This document shows, piece by piece, positions 1-12,490 of a stretch of DNA of 64,000 nt. The stretch's first letter is position 1, and each line of letters opens with the position of its first letter. A model generated the notes under the pieces. That model had not been told where the DNA came from and did no database searches. It saw only the letters and a program-made list of their open reading frames with translations. Source of the stretch: Amphiscolops sp. MND2022 (taxonomy: Eukaryota); NCBI GenBank assembly GCA_964187785.1, contig OZ076409.1, positions 92,258,001-92,322,000 on the forward strand, in the 5' to 3' direction. The position numbers were made by a program, and so were the translations under genes.

Positions 1-1634
1 TGCTGCTTGTGTCAATGGGGCGGTAGTGAAGATCATCTCTCAAAAAGAGTAACATTCCTCTCCCTTTGTCTGTGAGTTTCATGTTTAGGGGTTCCATGTT
101 GTACGATGGGATCTGTACTGTTACAGGATTGAAGTCTGTTTTCGAGTATTTTGGTTTAGCCTCAGAGATAGCAATAACATGCTTTTCCTTGTTTCATTGC
201 GTTCTCTTTTTGACTTTTATAATGGTTGTTCCTCGGACGATGTGCATGAAATCTCCAGTCTCTTGTTCGGTTAGGTTTTTTGCCCGCTGGATCAAATTTC
301 TGACTTCTTCTCTTTCTTTCATTGAACGATCCGGACTGATTCTAAGATTCCGTAATTCATCTGGTGCATTCTTCAACTTTCGCAGGTTTTTCATAACAGT
401 TTCCACCTCGCTGCTATTGTTAAGTGTAACCATTAGCGTTCGGTGATGTTCAGTCAACGGTCAACGGTCATCAACGTCTTTTTCTTGCGAACTGTCCGTC
501 TTTTTGCCGAGACGAGTTGTCTTCTCAACAACATCATAGCTAAGCTCCAACTCTCCTAGGAAACTTCGAACAAGTTTTTTGTCTCCTTCTTTGCGGTCTT
601 CCTCACTTCCAGTGGATTGCTCTGCTGCTCTGTGTATGATGAAGTTTTTCTTTCGTCTCTCCTCGTCTTTCTTCGCCCTTACTTGCTCTGCGTTTGCCTC
701 CAGGATTATGTCTTTCAATGGTTTGACAGGTATGTCTTCAGTTTTAGCCCGTTCGTTCGCTTTCTGCGTTCGATTTGGACCGTTTACAAAGCAGTGGAAA
801 TTTTTCATCAGGGTTTTGACGCAGTTGATGGTTGTATCAAGATCATTCCGTATCTGGTCCGTCTCTTCACTCCGCGGTTTATCATTCTTTTCATTTTTAT
901 TTAAGGTTTTCACTGCTATGCTGCATTTACTGCAGCACCAGAGGGCAGAGGGCTCTTTCATGAATTCGTAAACTTGTTGAGGCATGTAACTTGATCATCA
1001 GGGTCTGTGAATGCTTTGTTGCAACCAATACAGGTCCAATTTTCACATTCAAGACTAGTACTTGCTTCCTTTTGTTTACTTTTTTTGTTTTTAACCTTGA
1101 CCATTTTAGTTAGAGGCCGCTCCAAGATAATTAAACCTCAAAAAGCTACCTCAGAAAAAATGGAAAGGATAATTGAGTGACACTAACCTTTACTTGTTTC
1201 TTCGTTGACTTCCAGGGCGTTTTTTGGAGGGCCGTTTGCGTGTTTGAGATCTTTTTTTTCAAAGTCAGTCTTCGCAAATTTTTTTGATGATCAATTACGA
1301 TTTTCAACAAGCTGCACTCTATTTCAACCTCAGGGTAGTTTTCTAGCAACTGGTGTTTGTACCTGTTACTGTTCTGCTTCCTTTTAGAGAGAAGATGGGT
1401 GCGGATGTTAATTGTTAGGATACCGGTTGATTTCCAAATAACTTCGAACAGTTCCTTTGTCCCAAACTTTCTTGTGTATACAATCGCTTTGACCCTATGC
1501 TTGATGGTTATCAGGGCTTGGATCAATTCGTCAATTGTCAAAGGTTTATTGTTGTTGGAGTGATGTGGATTATATCTCAGATGTCGCGACAAAACCTGCC
1601 CCGGGCGCGCTAATTTAATTAACGATTCAATCAT
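1..1634 (-). mobile_element. 5' part of a decayed non-LTR retrotransposon (LINE A, CR1/L2-like): ORF0 remnant, ORF1, start of ORF2 endonuclease; continues off the window start
   Basis: ORF1 pieces at 194-1104 have a PHD-like Cys pattern (CIGC...WCCSKC) and a C-terminal 'RLGKK...LRISPDRS..ERE' segment typical of LINE ORF1. Positions 1-190 translate to APE-endonuclease-like 'VIAISEAKPK...GRGMLLFLR'. Stops and frameshifts are present. Confidence 0.75.
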
Positions 1635-1679
1635 TCGAAAACCAGATCACAATCATTCTCATTCACACAGATATTACCA

Positions 1680-2371
1680 ATTTACAACTCAAAAGCGAAC
1701 TTAAAAACCAAGCAGAAAAGGAAGTTGTTCCCCTTAGAGACATGACACACGACCATACACGACAACACGACCATACATTAGCTTTCCACGGTAAGTCGAA
1801 TTTTCAACAAAAAATCGATCACTGATTTTCGAGAAACTTTCTGAAAATTCATTTTTTGTAATGTTCTGGAGGTTAAACAAGCAATCTACCAGAGACGTTG
1901 GAAAGCTCAACCAAATCTCCCATGTGATCCACCCTCAGTCGGAACAAAAATTTTGGAGAATGAACAGTTCAACAATTTTGAAGACCGCAAATTCCACCGC
2001 AGCTTAGTCGAAATCGATAAAGAATTTGCATTGAAATTTACAGACGAAAGGATGGAAATTGCCTTCAGATTACCGGAAATGCGCATCTTGACGCTACTTT
2101 CTAAGTTGTCCCTAGGCTATATTATCAATTTCTCACTATCGTGATTACTAATTATCGTGTATTAATTCCTGCTTTTTTCATTCTAATGACATCAAAATCG
2201 GAAAGACTGTATCGTGCGTGTTTCACTGAAATAGTGAAACTCTTTCCTAGATTTAATCTGAAACTTTTATCTGCGACTTCGCGCGCTCTCTGGAATTCGC
2301 TTGAATTGCAATGGCCTGAATCACAAATCCTTGGATGCTACTTTCACTTCAATCAAGCTTTGTATCGTAAA
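1680..2371 (+). pseudogene. Mutator/MULE DDE transposase, N-terminal part (frameshifted), interrupted by LINE B
   Basis: 'HLDATF', 'LIPAFFILMTSKSERLY' and 'QILGCYFHFNQALYRK' match the MULE core (DxTF, P..F.L, GCxFHxxQA). The start coordinate is approximate. Confidence 0.8.
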
Positions 2372-2586
2372 AAGCCTAATTGTTGATAAACTTGTTGAAT
2401 AGTTTCAGAGAATTTATTGATTGGATTGATTGTTCACCTTCCACTGGACTCAGGCTCTGGACAATCGTCACACTCTGGTCTCTGGGACTGTTCTGGTGGT
2501 TTTTCGTGCCAATTCAGCCTCTATCAAAAAATCGTTCGTTCGTTCCTTTTTTTCTTCTCATTTGGCACGCTTTCATTACTAATTAC

Positions 2587-4250
2587 ATGGTTGTCATTAT
2601 TGGCGCTAGTTCATTGTGCCGAACTAAAAAATTGTTTTTCGCAGCTGCTTTTCGGTACCAGTGCTTAGCTTTAACGATAAAGCCATCAACCGTCATAAAA
2701 TTCTTCAAAACATTCTTACTCGAGAATCTCTCAGTAAAGTTAACAATATTATTATTTGGCACGACGTAATAAACAATTCAATTTCGCCCCATAGAAGCAA
2801 CAACTATCAGCCAAGTTCGATCGGCCAGCTTATAGAAAATCTCGGGGAACAAGATTACCGTCTAAGGAATAACGTCTGAAAGTCCATCGGGAATAACGTC
2901 TAAAGGAATAACATCTAAATCTGAAATGAACGGGAATAACGTCTAAAAAACGGGAATAACGTCTAAAAAGTGGAATAACGTCTAAAAAGAGGAATAACGT
3001 CTAAAAAGAGGAATAACGTCTAAAACTGACATACGTTTAAAATGTCAAACAACGACCAAAATACAACTGAAAAACGGGAATAACGTCTAAAATTGGCAAA
3101 AACGTCTAAAACGTCAAAAAATCATCAAAATACGTGGCAGCGGGAAGACCGTCTGAGGAATAACATCTAAATACAAAACGGGAATAACGTCTAAAATAAA
3201 TCATTTTTTGAGACTAGCGCTTGAAGTTTTAGACGTTATTCCTGTTTCGAAAAAGGCTTCCTGAAAGCGAAAATATCAAAATGTGGGGCATATGCGGTGT
3301 ATGCACGCTCGCCCTCACTGTCGCAAAGACCAGCTCCCACTACGATCGCTTCGCGATCTCCGTTCCCGCTAGGTCTTTGCTTCTGTTCGACCTCGCTTAG
3401 CAAGATGGGAACATAAGCGGCCCCAAGGGGCCGCGGGGCACTAGAAGGAATGGGGACATATCCGAGGCACGTTTTATATTTTATATCACTTTTTAGTTTT
3501 AGATTTTAAACGAATTATTTTTTCCAATTTAATTTGTTTTTCCCGCTTCTCAGTCGTATTTCGATGACTTTCGGATAATTTGGGAGTTTTTCCTGGATTT
3601 TTTACGTTATTCCTTTTTTCGGATGTATTTGCATAGTTTTTTGATATTTTGGACGTTTTTTTTCGATTTAGGAACAAATACCGATCAGACACATAGACTT
3701 TTGCTCGTATCCCGTGGCCTTCGATTATTTCAAAGTTCTTTCCTGAAAACCAGAGCAAGGGAAGAACTTTTCAGCACAAGAAACAATATTTCAAAATCGG
3801 GAATAACATCTAAAAAAACGGGAATAACGTCTAAATCTTTGGACGTTATTCCTGAAAAATGAGTAAAATTTAGATGTTATTCCTTTAGACGTTATTCCTT
3901 AGACGTTATTCCCGCCCCTCGAAAATCTCTTGCTGTTCAAGGACAGAATTAAAGCAATAGTTTACTGTCGCCGTCTGGGCACTGGGGACATCAAAAGGCG
4001 GTTGTTCGGTTCACAGATCATCAACATCGACGCTGTTAGAAAAATAATTTCTCTTAGGAAAAGTAAAGACAACACGATCTTGTCCGACTTGCGACAGGTT
4101 CATCCGTCAGCAGCGCTGGAATTCAAGCTCCTATCTGTAGCCTTGAATCACCGTAATCACGTACAGAGGTTCAAACCAAATAAAAAGAATAGGAAGAAAC
4201 CGAATCAGAGAATAAGAAAGAAGCTCCGACAACTGAAAGTGTCTCAGTAG
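2587..4250 (+). pseudogene. LINE B ORF0, SGNH/GDSL esterase-like, split by a MITE
   Basis: Motifs 'MVVIIGASSL' (block I-like), 'IIIWHDVINNS' (block III-like) and 'QVHPS' (block V-like). Removing 2844-3920 plus one TSD copy restores the frame IENL|LLFKDRIK. Homologous to ORF 1146-1634. Confidence 0.6.
2844..3920. mobile_element. Non-autonomous Mutator-like element (MITE) with 9-bp TSD GAAAATCTC
   Basis: TSD at 2835-2843 and 3921-3929, G...C termini, imperfect TIRs of about 34 bp or more, and many GGAATAACGTCTAAA subterminal repeats in both orientations. Confidence 0.85.
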
Positions 4251-4331
4251 GATAGCGATCTGTTTTTCTTCTTGGTCTTCGAAAACCTTAGTTGGTTGGG
4301 AGACCTTGAGATTTGGCAGTGATCTGACATA

Positions 4332-5549
4332 ATGGGACCGAAAAACAGGAATCAGTCAGTCTCGAATGATTGTTGCCCTAAATGTAAAAGTATTGTTGAG
4401 GAAACTGAAAAGAATTCAATATGTTGCAAAGGATGTGAGTCATGGTGGCATGGATCTTGTGGGGGCTGTGATGTAAAGGACCTACCAATACTTTCAAAAT
4501 ATGCCTCTGTGCATTGGTGTTGCTCCAAATGCGAAGACAAGCATCTATAAGGCCGTTCTACTAAAGTCTGGAAAACCTTGAATGCCATAAATCGACAACA
4601 CAAAAAAGAGACTGAAAATCGAAAAACGGAGATACAAAGTATGGAATCCATGAAAAAGGACCTATTAACTATCAAACTCAAGCTTGACAACCCAACATCA
4701 ACTCAGCCTCTCGAGAAATATGCGGATAAAGTAAAAACTAATCGAAACGAAACTCAAACGAAATGTACAACAGACATCAAAAGTGGAACAAGACAAAATC
4801 GTGATCCTCGCAACATATTGCTCATCAAGACCAATCAGAAAATCCGAGATAGTCTCGAAATCAAAAAAGCGTTTGCTTCCATTGATCCAAACAAAAAATT
4901 ACTTTACGCTTTTATTACAGCACGTGGCAGTATACATCTTGAGTTTACAACACCAGAGGAGGCTGACTGTGTTTGGCAGGGATAGAGGGCTGAATGTTTT
5001 GGTGGCGACTCGTCAGTTCGGAGAGCTAGTGACAGGAATGAACAGCACAGCCCTGTAATACGGGGAGTTCCATTAGGAGTGCCCGACTCGGACTTGACTT
5101 CAGCTCTTCCGAATAACTTTCCAGGTGTCAGTATCAGACGCTTTGTCAAAAGCGATGGAAAATCACTGCAAACTGTCAAATTGACGTTTCCTTCAAAAAC
5201 CCAGTTTGACAAGGCAACAACCGACGGGATTTTCATTGACCATTTGTACTATCAACCAGTCGAATTCATACAGCAAAGCATACAAATAATCCGCTGCTAT
5301 CGTTCTAAGAAGTTCGATTACGTCAGTTCCAATTGCCATTCGAAAGTGTCTTGCAAACATTGTTCCGGCGAGACCTCTATCAACAACTGCAGCGGTAATC
5401 AGCCTGCCAGGTGTATCAATTGCAGCGGAAGCCACGAAGCTGATTCTCTTGACTGCCCAACTTATATTAAACAGGTGCAAAGAGTTCATGAGGCACGAGG
5501 TCTACAAGCGCCGACTTTGAGAAACCCTGTGTCAAAAAATGATGGCTAA
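4332..5549 (+). pseudogene. LINE B ORF1 (PHD finger plus gag-like CCHC knuckles), disrupted
   Basis: PHD pattern CPKC..CKGC..WWHGSC..WCCSKC and C-terminal knuckle-like motifs (CKHCSG; CINCSGSH.ADS.DCP). Stop at 4548 and frameshifts. Confidence 0.8.
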
Positions 5550-8500
5550 CCCTGGTTTCACCTTCTTGCAGATAAATATATGCGGCCTGAGTGATCATAG
5601 TAAAATTGCATTGAATCAATACTTACAACAAACCAAAGCTGATATCGTTTTTCTTAATGAAACCAAGACACATATTAGCGCAAATCTATTCGACAATTAC
5701 ACAATAATCAATTCTATGGGTGAACGTTCTGGGGGCGTCGCAGTTTTATTGAAAAACCACATCCCCTACTCAAGACTAAATCAACTGGAAGACACCTCTG
5801 TTGATAATGTTGTTTTGACTGTTAGGCTGAGTGGAAATACGTTAGTTGTGTCCACTGCATATGTCAGACCCGATAACTTCGAAGGATTGTGAAGTACAAT
5901 AAAAGTTATACAGAGTTGCAAAACGTATGTTGACCAAAATTGCCTGAATGGAGCTCTTTTCTTTGGTGATCTCAATGCAAGACATACCTATTGGGGAGAC
6001 AAATCGTGTAACTTGATAAGTGAGGAATTAGTTCAAATAGCGGACCACTTCAGCATTCTCAATGATGGTGAGCCTACGTTTTTGGCAGCAATTTCTACAG
6101 TGTTATCGATCTCTGCATTTGTTATGGGCCTCTGTTTGATAGATGTAAACGCTCTCTGTCTACGGATGAATTTGCTAAGCTGTTCACCGGTGCTCCACAG
6201 AAGGGTCATGTTCCTGTTATTATGACATTGGAGCGTAGTAGCATCATTGAAAAAACCAAGAAACTAAGGATTGAAAAAACTGATTGTGTGGGTTGGACTT
6301 CTTTCATTGAGGGCCGAATAGATGATCTCATGGTTGTTGGGGACGACCCTGTTTTTCTTTGGAACGAGTTCAAAAATCTGCTGCACGAAGCTTCTCTTTG
6401 TCATTTACCCCACAAATGTGATTCAAATCATAGCAAACCGTTTTGGAACTCAAATTTGACAGACGCAAGCAATGAACTCTGATTTTTACGCTAAAAGTTC
6501 AAGTACAAATCAATTTTTGAAAATGGGCAAGAGCTACAGGCAGCGAAGAAACGTTTCTATTCTACTCAACAAAAGTGTAACTGAATGGATGGAAAACTCT
6601 CTGTCATCGCTTGGGCATAAAAGAGGAAGAAAATTTTGGACTTCTTACAAGGCCTCACTCAACACTAAACATGAAGAAGTTGGTCTAATACGCAGTAAGG
6701 AAAGAAGACTCTTATATGCTCCAGAGGAAAATAGCAAAGAATTCGAAACCAGGTTTTTCAGAGGAGAACATCTGAAAAAGCAAATTTTCAACGATGCAAC
6801 ACAACTACAAGTAGAAGCCAAAATAAATCAACCACATGATGGTCCTGAACATGATATCGAAGTATTTCATGATGAAATTACTTTCGATGAACTGAAGAAA
6901 GCCATGTTGAAATCAAGTAACACTAAATCTTTTGATATTGATGGTCTCCATTTGACAATGATAAAGACTTTGAGAACTAAAGCACTCCTTTTTCTGCTGA
7001 ATATTTTCAATGCTTGCTGGAGTATCATGTGTGCCCATGGACGGAGTCACGAGTCGTATTCATACGCAAGCCAAACAAAGAGAGATATGATGAGTGCTCT
7101 TCATATCGACCACTCACTCTCAATCTCCAGCCATATCGGCTAAACGTTGGAAAGAATACTTGCAACCGGAATCAAATCACATCTCGTTGTGAATGGACTG
7201 CTTGGTGACGAACAGGAGGGTTTCAGATCGAAAAGAAACACCACTCGTTCGCTCTACAGACTACATTTCATGCTGGAAAATGCCAAACGTTCACGTTTAC
7301 CGACGTCTCTGCTTAACATTGACCTCGAAAAGGCTTTCGATAGCGTGTGGGTGGATGGCCTTCTCTTTAAACTGTTGGAACACAGTATTTCTGGCAAAAT
7401 GTATCTGATAATAAAATTGTTTTTAAAAACAAGAGTCGCTTCAATTGAACTGAATGGATACCAGTCGCCGAAGCTCCAGATTGACATTGGCGTTCCACAG
7501 GGAAGTGTGTTGTCACCATTACTCTTCATCATCTTCCTAAACGATTTTCTCAGTAATCAAGCTCAAAAATTCAAGTTTGCAGACGATAGTTCTCTCATTG
7601 CCACTGGCAAGAATCCGTCAGAATTATCTGCCAACCTTCGAAAAACTTGTTCTGACATCGAGAAGTGGTGTGCAGTTTGGAGGATGTTAGTGAACGGAGG
7701 AAAAACTGAATTAATACTTTTCAATTGCAAAGAGAATGACTTCGAACTCCCGTGCGTCAATGGTGATATATGTCAAATGAAAAAACAACAAAGTCTCTCG
7801 GAGTAATTATCGATAGCAAGCCCAACTGCCGTGATCATTCTACTAAAACTATCGAGAGAGCAAAGCGAAATTGGAATATAATCAAGTCGTGATGCAATAG
7901 AAAATGGAGCCTTGCAGTTCCAACGCTAGTTCTGTTGTACAAAACCACTATCTTACCCTCTTTCTTTTATGCAGCACCAATTTGGCTTGAGAAAACCTCA
8001 AATACGTCACAGCAGTACAGAACAATTTCATAAGGACAGTTTTTAGACACGGATTTTTGCCGAATATCGACTCATGTCAAGTTCTGCTAGGAATGCCGGC
8101 ACTTGATCCTCTGAGTACAGCCATCAACGTCAAATTTCACTTGAAGCTCAAACTAGAAGACGATTTACTACATTGGAGCCATGATGCATCTTCATCGTTT
8201 CCGGACAGTGTTGCTAACCTCCTTGAGAGTCATGTTACCACATTCGGGAAGTTTTTGAGAATTGATAATTGTACGAGATATAAACAGCAAGATGTCAACC
8301 TTTTCGTTAACTATCTTTGGAAACTCAGGTGTAAAAATACTTACAAGTCATTTCTGAAATGTTACACCAGAACCCCACCAACGTGTAACACTATATCGCC
8401 CCTTTTCAACCTTCAAAGGTATGAAGCCATCAAAATATGTGAAATGCTGGTCGGCAATTTTTTCGCTTTAGCCGATTACCCTTTGGAAAATTGGCAGACG

Positions 8501-8683
8501 GAATCTCCGATGTGTCATTGTGGCAAAAGTGAAGAGACTACAGAACATTTCTTTCTGGCATGTGGCCTATACCAAGACATCAGACCTGAAGACATTGACT
8601 CATTGAATCTCCTTGACCCTGAAGATTGCAATACCATTATCGACTACATCTCACATTCAACGAAGTTAAAAGGAATCGAATAG
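5542..8683 (+). pseudogene. LINE B ORF2: APE endonuclease, reverse transcriptase, C-terminal CCHC; multiple frameshifts
   Basis: QINICGL / LNETK / GDLNARH (endonuclease); QEGFR, DLEKAFDSV, GVPQGSVLSPLLF, FADD (RT); CHCG..EETTEHFFLAC. Confidence 0.92.
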
Positions 8684-8806
8684 TGCTCATCATTAAATCC
8701 TAATTTAACTTTATCCAATCCTCAATGCTCTCTTTGTACTATTTATATACAATGAACACCCTCCCGCAAATTGGGGATATTAGAAAATGTATATATGTAT
8801 CGTAAA

Positions 8807-9470
8807 TTTCAGAGCTTAGGAGGACAACAACTTTTCAGTCTACACTTTTCATTGGCTTTACTACCACCACATAAAACTCCAAAGCCTTTGATCACTCTCT
8901 CTTCAACAGTTTGTTTCGCAAACGAAGACAATTGTACATTTTTTGACCGTTTATATATTTATTTTACCAATTTTTGGAACGTGTTGGACCGAAGCAATTT
9001 TCAGTTTTTGATTGTACATGGCGTACTAACAACAAATTAGAATCTTACCACAAAGAGCTGAATCGACGTGTAAAAGTTGCTCATCCAAGTTTTTGGGTAT
9101 TTTTTGAGCAAGTCATGAACATAGCGCGAACTGCTCTTCAAGATTACAAAAAATTCGCTTCAGTCAACTTGACACAAGGGCGTAAACATTTCCGACAAGT
9201 TGAAAAGACAAGAAGATCAATGCAGCTTTCGATCTCAATAGACAAAACAAAATCAATGGAGTGGAATTAAATGAATTGATAGTCGAGACAAAATACAAGA
9301 TAACAGCAAAAATGTTCTTTTCGAAGCAGATACCAGAAGCAGATAGAGCTGTGGTTTTTAACGAAGATTCTAACATGTCTGGAACATTCTTACCCAATTT
9401 AGAGGGACCATTATTCAAAATCAGTGAAAATTTCGAGAACGATTCAAGTTCATCTTATTTTGAATTGTAA
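8807..9470 (+). pseudogene. MULE transposase, C-terminal part
   Basis: 'LALLPP', 'YFTNFW' and 'RTNNKLESYHKELNR...HPSFWVF' (the TNNxxExxH motif carries the third catalytic residue). Confidence 0.8.
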
Positions 9471-9622
9471 ATTCCCATTGTTTGTAATCAATTCATATAT
9501 TTTCGAAACTTTTGTCCAATCATGGAACAATTCATTCTTCGTTTGTTTGTTTAGATTTCGGGCCTCAAATTACTAGCAAAAATTTTTTGGGCCTCAAATA
9601 ACATTTCATTATCAGGCCTCAG

Positions 9623-11859
9623 TGTCGAACCCCACCGCGTGGGTCGGCTTTGAAGGACCTTTCGAGGTTGACTGTCGGTTTTCGGTGTCTGTCTTACTTA
9701 TGACAGCCATCATTAAGTCCTTCAGTTGACTGAACTCATTCTGTAGTTCGTTTATCTTTCTCTCATAACTCTCTTTTATTTCAGATAACTGAGACGAGAT
9801 ATCAGAAACCTCGTTGCTATCAGAGTCATTGGCAGAGGACTGAGCCATGTCTGGGTCCGTTTGAACGGGTGTTTCTGATGAGGAACTAATAACTCTTCCG
9901 CTTCTGAGTTCGGTGCCTAGATCTGGGTTCATAGAGGTGAGAGAAAAGGAATTATGAGTGAAGACTGGATTCTGGATGATTTTTCGATGTATTTTACTAT
10001 TTTGTGCCTTTATTCGAACTCAAATTCACTATTTCTGAACTTGAGATGTAAATGCGATGAGTTTTACAGTAAGACAAGGATACTAGTAAAGAATGAGAAA
10101 TAGTTAACGAGGATTAAGTAGAGTTCATCCAAATTTCATCGAACAGATATCGATCAAGAAATTACTCAGAGTTGTGAAGGTAGCGTTTTTTACGATGAAT
10201 AAGAGATATGTTTTCTAGTTCAAATCTGTCGTAATTCGTCCAACTGGACAGTAGCTAATCGCAATTTCGGTCTGAGTAAACTCTAATGGCGGTCCAAAAT
10301 ACAGCAGTTCACGTGTCTCTTCGGGCTGGTAAGACGCTAAATCTCTTACCAGCCGACTCTTATTGGCTATTGCCGGTTGGCGCTAATTGGTAAGTCACGA
10401 GACCGGTGTTGTGAACTGCCGCAAGTTGGCCAAACCACATGGTACATCTACATATGCTAATTATGACTAATCATCACTTTACAATGTCGCAATTGCCTGC
10501 ACACAGTGTCATGGTTTCTATAGCAACTCAAATCATTCAATAATGTACTAATTTCAAGTCAAAACAGAGTAAACTGCATCACAGGATGAGAAAACGATGT
10601 TTTTCCAACTAATTCTAGCATTAAAATCAATACTTCAAAAGCAAAGATGGAAACGCGATGAATTCGTCAGAATATTTGCTGATTTTCAAGTCTAGTTTAG
10701 CTCTGGATGAAAATGCGATGAATGGTGGTCTTTTAGCTCGAAAATCAACACGATATGAACTGACGATGATAAAAGGATGAACTCGTCTTCAAAATGAATG
10801 ATTTCCAGCACAATTTAGATCAACGATGGTAAAAGGATGAACTCTCCTCAAAAATAACTAATTTCCAGCACTAGTGAAATTGACGATGAATTCAGGATGA
10901 ATTCAGCCAATAAAACAGGTGAAACAGCTACTTCTGCAGTGAAGACAAATATACGATGACTTTAGGATGAATACATTCAATAAAACAGCAAAATCTAATG
11001 AATGAAATTCCAACGATGGGTTTAGGATGAACTCAACTAAAAATTCGGCTAATTCTAACGTAAGTCGAATTAGCGATGAATTTACGATGAACTAGTGATG
11101 AGTTAATCTAATAAAACAGATATCCAGTACTTCACTCTTTTTTAGGATGAATTAAGGATGTACTTTCTCATTTCTTGTAGTTTCTGTTCAGGACGATGAA
11201 ATATAGATGTGTTATGCTCTTTTTAAGAAATGAGAAGCACATTGAAGGTTAATAATCACAAAACGACGATGAGTATAGGATGGCTTTCATGCAATTTAAA
11301 GTCCCGTGAGATCCGCTGATGGATCACTAAATAAAATCAAATATATGTCCCAAATTTTGTTTACCCGCAATCTTGGCGATGTGATTGCGATGAACCTTGA
11401 TAATATAGCACCGTAATTTCACTAATAGATCAAGTTGTAGGATCACTAAGTCCGCTGATGGATTAGTGATGAACTTTCCTGAAATTCGTCACGACTTCAA
11501 GTCCTGAGGCGAGGGAGCTAGTAGAAGTTACAGATTCCATTATTTCTACATCTCTCGGTCCAGTCTGACCGGAAGACTTCTCTCCCTTATCTTGACAAAC
11601 CAATATTGAATAAGATAGCACATTAAAAGCTATTGGCAAGATCATTTGTGCGGACACCGGAATTAGAGCGCTCAGTATTAAGTAAATATATATAGCTCAA
11701 ACTCAGGGGGGATAGGGATTAAAGTACAAGTAACGTAGGGTTGCTCACAACCATGGCTCTTATTATATGACATCATATTGCCCATATCTAAGTACATAAG
11801 ACATAATATTTACATTACAAATATTTAGTAGATTATATTTCCATCATGCTGGCATGACA
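9623..11859 (-). repeat. 3' LTR of element 1 (2237 bp)
   Basis: Direct repeat of 26593-28829 (offset 16970). I found 4 substitutions by eye, near 10292, 10400, 11497 and 11592. Confidence 0.98.
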
Positions 11860-12388
11860 CTCCCCGGGGCGGGATTTGGACTGAGAGTGCAGGGGCCAAA
11901 TGTGCAGAGGATGGTTGTCTCGGCGTTGGCTTCGACTGGTCCTTCGTTTGGTTGGGGAGAAAATGGCCTTCGTTAGTTCTGAATTGGCATGTCCTTCGTT
12001 TGTTCTGTCCTGTGAGAGCTTCTCTGAGAAGAGGACCTTCGGTAATCGTCTTTTCTGGCATCATCCTGGGTGATTTCGGTTAAAATTTTCGACGCGGCAA
12101 CTCTAATTCTTGGTCCATCGAATGTCCGCTGACCTGCATTTTATTGGTTGTCATGCTTTTGACGGGAGTTTTCGGCTGGTTATTTTCGGTAGGAGCTGAT
12201 TTCTCGGAGAAAGGTTTCCCTCCAAAACGCCTACGCTGAATAAACAATTCGGTTAGCTTCATTGACAAATTGGCAGCGAGTCGGGGATGAATGAACGATG
12301 AATTGTTTGCTCAGCGAGACATCGATGCTGTTTAGCGGAATGGCTGGCGCCGCCGCTTTGTTTACTCGCGATGGAGAGAAGATGAATC

Positions 12389-12490
12389 GTCGCCATAGCA
12401 ACTGTCAAAAGTTACTTCCGCTGCTCGACTTTTGAGTGGATGAGAAAGAGATGAATTCGTCGCCATAGTAACTGTTGCTCAATCTGATTG
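12389..12490. promoter_or_regulatory. Probable internal promoter for the antisense gene: two RFX X-box-like motifs plus CCAAT box
   Basis: GTCGCCATAGCAAC (12389-12402), GTCGCCATAGTAAC (12459-12472) and CTGATTGG near 12484, about 500 bp upstream of the ATG. A related GTTTCTATAGCAAC lies in each LTR (10514, 27484). Confidence 0.45.

Larger units (their letters stand above)
2372..8795 (+). mobile_element. Near full-length decayed LINE B (I/Jockey-group-like) with 11-bp TSD TGTATCGTAAA
   Basis: TGTATCGTAAA occurs at 2361-2371 and 8796-8806, and MULE transposase homology resumes across it (ALYRK|FQSLG). The element contains ORF0, ORF1 and ORF2 and has a short TA-rich tail. Confidence 0.85.

Noticed and set aside
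9612..9932. 106-aa ORF as an independent gene
   Set aside because: It is the copy of the gag N-terminus within the 3' LTR.
10580..11300. About 60-bp periodic repeats in the LTR resembling a CRISPR array
   Set aside because: Eukaryotic context, no cas genes, and only 4+4-bp half-sites are conserved rather than a 25-40-bp repeat.
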